Assembly (NCBI GenBank): GCA_041746575.1
Contig: JBGTGT010000029.1
Location: forward strand, 1-56,905
Direction of reading: 5' to 3'
DNA length: 56,905 bases
From: Microcystaceae cyanobacterium
Lineage (GTDB): Bacteria; Cyanobacteriota; Cyanobacteriia; Cyanobacteriales; Microcystaceae
The notes under the pieces are model-generated. The model was given only the letters and a program-made list of their open reading frames with translations. It made no database searches and was not told the DNA's origin. How positions within the stretch are numbered: position 1 is the first letter of the stretch; each line of letters starts with the position of its first letter. The position numbers were made by a program, and so were the translations under genes. Shown here piece by piece: positions 51,301 through 56,905 of the stretch.

Positions 51301-51498
51301 CGTCCCATTTTTATGTCGGCTGGCACCAGTGTGTTAGGGATGTTACCGTTAGCCATCTTACCGGGTAAAGGAACTGAATTGTATCAAGGATTAGGAATTG
51401 TTTTAGTAGGAGGATTAGCCTTTTCAACCCTCTTAACACCGACTGTTGTTCCTGCTTTAATGCGACTGCTTGCTGATGTGAAAAAACAAATTCGTTAA
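48367..51498 (+). CDS. RND efflux permease (AcrB/AcrD/AcrF family)
   Basis: GASPAEVED, GMVVDNAIVVLENI, GVVVNNAILLVD, RLRPIFMS. Confidence 0.95.
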   Translation: MNLIKLAVRWRHGTAVLFCLLALFGILSLFNLPLELQPGGDRPEITISTSYAGASPAEVEDIITRPIEEALEEVKEVTEISSSSASGRSRITLEFDWKSNVNERLLDVITQLQQVEALPPEAGESEVEVVSGSSRPMMWITLLPKDGYTADENHYRDIVDDIVVPYFRQIPGIGEFNISGGREREVEIVVDPKALSDRRLTITDVVTTLRNNNRDIRGGPLVVGRREYRVRTLSRSTDIQQLESFILRRDESGTVYLGDVAKAKIGRKIQDRALIRNDIPAVGVGIVRQVGGNTPAISAAIREAIKELEERLDQAGEGIAFDITYDENDYIQDSIRFVQGNLILGAILASVILLLFLGSLRTVAVIAITIPTTLITVFIVFNLLGRSLNVISLAGLAFAVGMVVDNAIVVLENIFTQMQQGKSPVKAAIEGTQEVWAAMLASTLTTVAVFAPIILVTGEAGQLFFDIGLALSTSVLISLFAAITLVPMLSGLFLKQAEAQQMLEDPEIRGGNILERAIVRTSTVFRVFQGRVEQFILSTVAWSLEATTPIRRLIILMIPLFLLGISILLLPPADYLPEGNRNAIMWLAEPFPGTSIPEAIKLSEAPRQFAKELPLARRILYVYRTGFKVVLVFLDSKDATGKNLDSMVEQMRSVSQQFPGYRFLIPRRMSIFRNPGKEFEIQVIGQDLEQLNQIANDISNKVKESSGVQNVRSDFVTGAPELQVIPNRERLAEVGLSEQDIGEMIESALGGLRASKFIDGKRELDVTVELQDIFVDTPEQLRQLAMYNGNSQRIQLSDVAEIVESTGPDSINHVDLNRSITLTADVAREASLGGLVEQVETDILKPLRSSLPPGVRVELAGSADVLGETLVQLGLTFILSLIITYLLLVALYRSFAYPLVIMATVPMGISGALLSLVLANLIPGVIVPLDMITGLGFVILTGVVVNNAILLVDRALQLHKEVGKDLDSALYYAVSDRLRPIFMSAGTSVLGMLPLAILPGKGTELYQGLGIVLVGGLAFSTLLTPTVVPALMRLLADVKKQIR

Positions 51499-51780
51499 CG
51501 TCAGTCAATGATATTTAAAAAAGAATTTTCGTTAACTATTCATTAAAATGAGAGATGAATAATCACTTTAATTTGCATGATTTTGATGTTTAAATAAAAT
51601 TATTTTATATTTCTGACTGCATAAAAAAATTATAATTCATATTTTTGTCCATAACATACAGCAAATTATGAGCTAACATCATACACCTTTGAGCGCAGGA
51701 TTTGTACCCCTACGATTAATTTCCGAGCAAATTACCGTGCGACTCAAGTTTGTTCTTTGTTAATAGTGCCAGATTTGATT

Positions 51781-53799
51781 TCAAGCATTTTTCCCATTAG
51801 AAAGGGTCTCATGATTTTGCACAATTGCAATTTCACGCTGAGGAATACCTAAGGCAATGCCTGCCTGGGCAAAAGCCTCTTTTAAACGCAGACGAAATTC
51901 TCGACCCACTGCCCATTGTTGTAAAGGTTGCGTTTTAATAATAATGCGAATCAAAATTCCTTCATGAGACACTTCATCAATGCCTAAAATTTGCCCTGGT
52001 TCTAGAATTTTTTCTTGCCATTCTGCTTTTGATTGGAGTTGATCTAAGACCTCTTGCAACGTATTCATCGTTGTTTTAATATTGGTGTCCCATGCAACTC
52101 TAATGGCAAAGTTAACTTGCGCCCAGTTCTTACTTAAATTTCTAACTGCTGAGATTTTTCCATTGGGAATAACCGTTAATTCACCATCAATATTACGCAA
52201 GGAAGTCGTGTATAAATTCATATCTTCGACTGCCCCATCCCCAATATCAGGAACAATAATAACATCCCCAATGGCATAACGGTCTGTCCAGAGAATAAGT
52301 GCGCCATTTAGCATATCTTCGAGGACATTTCGAGATAGGAAAGCGACAATCACAGCAAAAGCCCCCGCCCCTGCTAAAACAGACGGGTTAATACCAATTA
52401 AAAGAATAGTTAGATAAACTGCAATGGCAACTAAGAGAACATTTTTTGCTCCCTTAAACGCTTTAGAATAGGTGTTAACCCGTAAACCGTAGCGATTCGA
52501 ATTCGGATCAATTTTTTGCCCTTCAGTTGCCCAATTGTCAAGCCAATCATCAATGACAAAATCGAGAACTTTATTAATAATACTCGCCCCAACCCAAATT
52601 AAAGGAATGAGTTGTGCTTCTTGAAAAAAAGTATTGAGTAAAAAGCGAGTTTCTCGAAAAGTTAAGGCAATCAGACCTAAACCAATAAAAATCAGAAAAC
52701 ATTGCAAGAGAAAAATTAAACTCAAGAAAAGTTTGCTTAAATTGCGCTTTTGTTCAAGTAAGATTTGTTGTTTAAAAATCGGTTGAACTTCTGATAATCC
52801 CCTTGATAAAGCCAGATTGAGTCTAAGAACTTGCTGAAATAGAAAAAGAAAAAACTGCCGCTGAATCGGGTTACTTTTTTCAAAATCAGAGGGATTAGCT
52901 GAGTTTAATTCAATGTCTATCCCCGTTGAATTTTTATTGATATTGTCAACTGTCAAAGAAACATTTTTAGATCCTTGACTGCTTAAACTTTCAGGGTTCT
53001 GAGCAAGAGAGCGGGTGATTTGATCAGACTTTCCTTTCAGACGGTATTGCCAACGTTTTAGCGGTTTGCCGATAATATTTAATAACCAGATTAAAAAGAC
53101 GGTTATTAAGATAATTATCCCTGCTAGAATAGGACGTAATAAAGGATATTGACGATCTAATTCTTGTCCCCATAAAAAAGAACTGTAGGTCAGACGAAGG
53201 GTATTTTGCCATTGTTGGGCGAGTTTTTTAACGGTCGTTCCATTGACGGTTGCATCCACCTCCGTTACAGTTACTATCGCTTGATTCGCTAATCCCAATG
53301 AAGGTTGAGACGGTGTATAAATAACCGTTTGCTCATTTTCAATTCCCACTTCAATTTTGGGGGTTAGAGGATGTAATGGCTTGGAATTGCTATTGAGCCA
53401 AAATAACCCGATGGGTTGTTCAGCCGCCGCCGGAATCGTATTCCATTCAACAATATTTTCCGCAATTTCATCGATAGTTCGTCTGACCAATTTACTTCGT
53501 TCTTTAATTTGAGATTCTGCTTCCTCAAAAGACTGATCTTGATTACGAGCAATCCCTAAGATTAAATCAGGTTCACTCACATTTTGATCTTTATAAAGAT
53601 AGATTTCACTACACCAAAATTTACCACAAGGGTGGGCGCGATTGAGATTCCAAAGTACCGTCTGAGAGTCGTCGCTATTCGTCGTGGAAGGAAGCAAAAA
53701 AGGAAATTGGGCAACTGCGATAGTGGGATGATAAAAAGTTAAGATAAAGGATAAAGATACCAGAAAAAGCCAGCGAATAGGTTTGGGAAGTTTATACAT
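51781..53799 (-). CDS. MscS-family mechanosensitive channel with large N-terminal extension
   Basis: DRYAIGDVI, GAVEDMNLYTTSLRNIDGELTVIPNG, QQWAVGREFRLRLK. Confidence 0.9.
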   Translation of the reverse strand: MYKLPKPIRWLFLVSLSFILTFYHPTIAVAQFPFLLPSTTNSDDSQTVLWNLNRAHPCGKFWCSEIYLYKDQNVSEPDLILGIARNQDQSFEEAESQIKERSKLVRRTIDEIAENIVEWNTIPAAAEQPIGLFWLNSNSKPLHPLTPKIEVGIENEQTVIYTPSQPSLGLANQAIVTVTEVDATVNGTTVKKLAQQWQNTLRLTYSSFLWGQELDRQYPLLRPILAGIIILITVFLIWLLNIIGKPLKRWQYRLKGKSDQITRSLAQNPESLSSQGSKNVSLTVDNINKNSTGIDIELNSANPSDFEKSNPIQRQFFLFLFQQVLRLNLALSRGLSEVQPIFKQQILLEQKRNLSKLFLSLIFLLQCFLIFIGLGLIALTFRETRFLLNTFFQEAQLIPLIWVGASIINKVLDFVIDDWLDNWATEGQKIDPNSNRYGLRVNTYSKAFKGAKNVLLVAIAVYLTILLIGINPSVLAGAGAFAVIVAFLSRNVLEDMLNGALILWTDRYAIGDVIIVPDIGDGAVEDMNLYTTSLRNIDGELTVIPNGKISAVRNLSKNWAQVNFAIRVAWDTNIKTTMNTLQEVLDQLQSKAEWQEKILEPGQILGIDEVSHEGILIRIIIKTQPLQQWAVGREFRLRLKEAFAQAGIALGIPQREIAIVQNHETLSNGKNA

Positions 53800-54052
53800 G
53801 AATCTAAAAGCTTATATCTACAGTAATGGGCTTGAGTTAACGATATAAAATGGCCGGAGAAATTTATGTTAAGCTAATCCCGTTGTCAGTTCCGTGACAT
53901 TGTAACGTTCTGTTCTAAACAACGCAACCGACGAGCAAAAGGCTCAATATTGTCTAACTTAAAATTCAAATAAAGTCATCTGCTAAATTGTAGATTCATT
54001 TATTTTTCAATTAAACGATAAAACATTATTAAAGCAATATTAATGATCAACA

Positions 54053-55159
54053 ATGTTCAAGCAAATCTATTTAGTTTTAACGCTGTCTGTCGTGGGAACA
54101 ATTACCCTCATTCAACCGTCTGTTGCTCAAAAACAAACCCCTCCTCCTACAAAAACGCTCAAAGTTGGCGTAGCCGGTTCGCCTCCCTTTGTTATTAAGA
54201 CTTCAGACCAGATTCAAGGCATCAGCCTAGAACTTTGGCGAGAAATTGCTTACAAATCTCAGCTTAGCTATCAATTAGTGCCGCAAAGCAATGTTAGAGA
54301 GGGCATTAATGCTGTTAATCAAGGAAAACTAGATGTTTTGATTGGTCCGATTAGTGTAACAGCGCAACGTCTCGAAAAAGTTACCTTTACCCAACCCTAT
54401 TTTCAGTCCAAGATTGGTTTATTGGTCAATAGCGAAAGTCCTACCCTTTGGAGTCGAGTCAGACCCCTTTTTCGCAATGCAATTCTTTCTTCTCTGGGTA
54501 TTCTGCTGATTGCTCTATTTACCGTAGGAAATCTCCTTTGGTTAACCGAACATCGCCGCAACGATAGACAATTTCCTAAAGCCTATCTACCGGGGGTAGC
54601 GAATGGAATGTGGTTTGCCTTGGTGACGTTAACCACCGTGGGTTATGGAGATAAAGCTCCCATTACGAAATCCGGACGTACGATTACCAGTATCTGGATG
54701 TTAATTACAATGGTAGCGGCTTCCTCCCTCACCGCCGGTATTGCCGCCGCTTTAACCATTTTTCTGTCTGGGGAAACGACCGAGCGATTTAGTGACCCTG
54801 AAGCCATTGAAGATGCTAGAATTGCTATTATTGAAGGAACTACGGGTCAAATTTGGGCAGAAGACCATAATGCCCGTTTAGTCAAGACAGAAAACTTAAG
54901 CGAAGCCGTACAACAGGTGTTAACGGGAAAAGCAGAAGGAGTTGCGTTTGATGTTCCTGCTTTACAATATTATTTACATCAAAATCCTAAATTGCCTCTG
55001 AAAATTAGTAGCATTACCTTTGCCACCGAAGACTATGCCTTTGCCCTACCCATTGGGAACAGTTTACTGCATGAGTTAAATATAGACCTCGTTGCCCTTA
55101 GAGAACAAGGGGAACTTGACTATTTACGCAAAAAAGTCCTAAATTTAGCGAGTGAATAA
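54053..55159 (+). CDS. GluR0-like ligand-gated K+ channel
   Basis: Signal peptide, split SBP-3 domain (GSPPFV, GPISVTAQR) around a TM-pore-TM segment with TTVGYGD filter. Confidence 0.9.
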   Translation: MFKQIYLVLTLSVVGTITLIQPSVAQKQTPPPTKTLKVGVAGSPPFVIKTSDQIQGISLELWREIAYKSQLSYQLVPQSNVREGINAVNQGKLDVLIGPISVTAQRLEKVTFTQPYFQSKIGLLVNSESPTLWSRVRPLFRNAILSSLGILLIALFTVGNLLWLTEHRRNDRQFPKAYLPGVANGMWFALVTLTTVGYGDKAPITKSGRTITSIWMLITMVAASSLTAGIAAALTIFLSGETTERFSDPEAIEDARIAIIEGTTGQIWAEDHNARLVKTENLSEAVQQVLTGKAEGVAFDVPALQYYLHQNPKLPLKISSITFATEDYAFALPIGNSLLHELNIDLVALREQGELDYLRKKVLNLASE

Positions 55160-56079
55160 TGGAAATTGAGTTGATTGCCGATCAAGCGGCAGAACGACTT
55201 GATCGCTGGTTGGGAACGCAATTATCTAATATTTCTCGATCAAGAGTGCAAAAGTTAATTGAACAAGGCAATATGTCTTTAAATGGCGAAATTTGTCGTA
55301 ATAAAAAAATAAAAATCCATTGTGGCGATCGCATTGCCTTAAAGATTCCGCCAGCGCAACCCCTCAATTTAACCCCCGAAGCCATTCCCCTTGATATCCT
55401 CTACGAAGATGAATATCTATTAATTGTCAATAAACCCGCCAATTTGGTCGTACATCCATCTCCTGGCCATACCTCTGGCACATTAGTCCATGCTTTACTT
55501 GCCCATTGTACCGATTTAGCGGGTATAGGTGGCATTGAACGACCGGGCATTGTGCATCGTTTAGACAAAGACACCACGGGAGCGATCATGATGGCAAAAA
55601 CGGATTTTGCTCATCAACAATTACAAGCACAATTGAAGGCAAAAACAGCCTATAGAGAGTATTGGGGGGTTGTTTATGGCTGTCCGAAGGATGAATCGGG
55701 CAAAATTGACGAGCCTATTGGACGTAATCCTCTACAACGGCAAAAAATGGCGGTAGTTGTCCCTGAAAAAGGAGGAAAAGAAGCCGTTACCCATTGGCGA
55801 ATCTTGGAACGATTGGGCAATTACACTTTAATGGAATTTCGCCTCGAAACAGGGAGAACCCATCAAATTCGCGTTCATGTCAGCCATATCGGTCATCCAA
55901 TTGTAGGCGACCCTTTGTATGGAGCAGGAAAATCAGTTAAAGTGAATTTAACGGGGCAAGCTCTCCACGCCCGTCGCTTGAGATTGATTCATCCTGTAAG
56001 CCAAGAAATTTTAGACGTTACTGCGCCTTTACCAGATGAATTTGCGAAATTACTCTCTGTTTTAAGACAGAGAACTTAG
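55159..56079 (+). CDS. rluD: RluA-family pseudouridine synthase (RluD-type, S4 domain)
   Basis: RLDRWL..SRSRVQKLI, VHRLDKDTTG, GRTHQIRVH; TAATG overlap with the upstream gene. Confidence 0.88.
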   Translation: MEIELIADQAAERLDRWLGTQLSNISRSRVQKLIEQGNMSLNGEICRNKKIKIHCGDRIALKIPPAQPLNLTPEAIPLDILYEDEYLLIVNKPANLVVHPSPGHTSGTLVHALLAHCTDLAGIGGIERPGIVHRLDKDTTGAIMMAKTDFAHQQLQAQLKAKTAYREYWGVVYGCPKDESGKIDEPIGRNPLQRQKMAVVVPEKGGKEAVTHWRILERLGNYTLMEFRLETGRTHQIRVHVSHIGHPIVGDPLYGAGKSVKVNLTGQALHARRLRLIHPVSQEILDVTAPLPDEFAKLLSVLRQRT

Positions 56080-56363
56080 GAAAAAAGCGAGAATCCTTGG
56101 ACTAGGCTGTCTAAATCCAAGCTTTGTTGTTTTTAATTACCAGTATAAGTTTATAATTCATCTAGTTCTGCTATCACTCGGATGATTAATCTCATCTTCT
56201 TCATCTTCATAGGATTTCCCTGACCCCATTCACGACAGTTGTCGGAATCATCCTCTTTTCAACAAATCTTTCTCCCTTCTTCAATTTTGAATCAGCAACG
56301 CTCTGCTTAGAAACCAAAACTTAATCAAAAAAGAAAAGACTTGTAGAATTATTGAATATCCTT

Positions 56364-56780
56364 ATGAGTTTTCCCTCTGATCCTCGAAATCCCAAAGTTA
56401 AACAGAGCATTCTGCCTCAACGAGAATCTCATTTCTCTTGGCTTCGCACCCGTCTTAGCGTTGAGCGAACACTGATGTCTTGGATTCGTACCGGAACAGC
56501 AATGATTGGGTTTGGCTTTACGATTTTTCAGTTTTTTGAACGATTTAAACAGCAAGATGCTACCCAGCCACTCGCACAGATTCCCTCTCGCATTATCAGT
56601 CTCGGTTTGATTGCGGCTGGAACGTTTGCCTTATTTATTGCCATTCGTGAATATCGTAGAACACTGCGCTATCTCTGGAGTGAAGAATTTAGAGATATTG
56701 CTGGGATGGAAACGAGACCAAGCTTTACACCCGCCTTAGCGGTTGCTATGTTGCTGACGCTGGTAGCTCTACAGTTGTAG
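56364..56780 (+). CDS. DUF202/YidH family membrane protein; C-terminus replaced by IS sequence
   Basis: RTRLSVERTLMSWIRTGTAMIGFGF; last codons and TAG lie inside the repeat starting at 56765. Confidence 0.85.
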   Translation: MSFPSDPRNPKVKQSILPQRESHFSWLRTRLSVERTLMSWIRTGTAMIGFGFTIFQFFERFKQQDATQPLAQIPSRIISLGLIAAGTFALFIAIREYRRTLRYLWSEEFRDIAGMETRPSFTPALAVAMLLTLVALQL

Positions 56781-56905
56781 ATAGAATAAAGGAGTAAAAG
56801 TAAGCCCAGGAAGGGATGAAACAAGAATCTCTGAATTTGTTTCTTAGTGGAGAGGAGCTAGAAGCTCTGTGCCTATGGAGTAATAGCCTTAAATCATTCC
56901 AGCAA
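56765..56905 (+). mobile_element. IS terminus with 5' start of a putative transposase (possibly IS701 family)
   Basis: Identical inverted copy of 1..140; ATG 56816 gives MKQESLNLFLSGEELEALCLWSNSLKSFQQ, open to the window edge. Confidence 0.7.

Noticed and set aside
56150..56330. Possible CP12-like remnant on the minus strand (KIEEGRKIC*KEDDSDNCREW)
   Set aside because: Interrupted by stops, no AWD.VEEL motif, and no start; the resemblance is too weak.

Overview
Chromosomal segment of a unicellular, Chroococcales-like cyanobacterium, judged from psaC, psbK, gun4, flv3, ycf46 and about 25 HIP1 GCGATCGC octamers (counted by eye). It is mostly housekeeping and metabolic genes (tkt-fabF-acpP, accA-SDR-folE, pyrD, prfC, mazG, rluD, RND, MscS, GluR0-like channel). 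Features not shown by the ORF track: (i) both window ends are the same 140-bp IS terminus in inverted orientation, and the right copy cuts a DUF202 gene; (ii) an apparent gene chimera whose junction falls on a HIP1 site, joining a putatively NtcA-controlled gene start to a truncated uraH inside a decaying purine/ureide uptake locus; (iii) a helically phased array of TTTTCCACA DnaA-type boxes with no dnaA/dnaN nearby; (iv) a folE-adjacent methyltransferase plus a PCD-like protein with a Tat-like leader and an altered catalytic motif; (v) psbK and two unannotated small membrane ORFs; (vi) several pseudogene lesions. No rRNA, tRNA or CRISPR array was seen. All family assignments come from motif recognition; no database searches were run.
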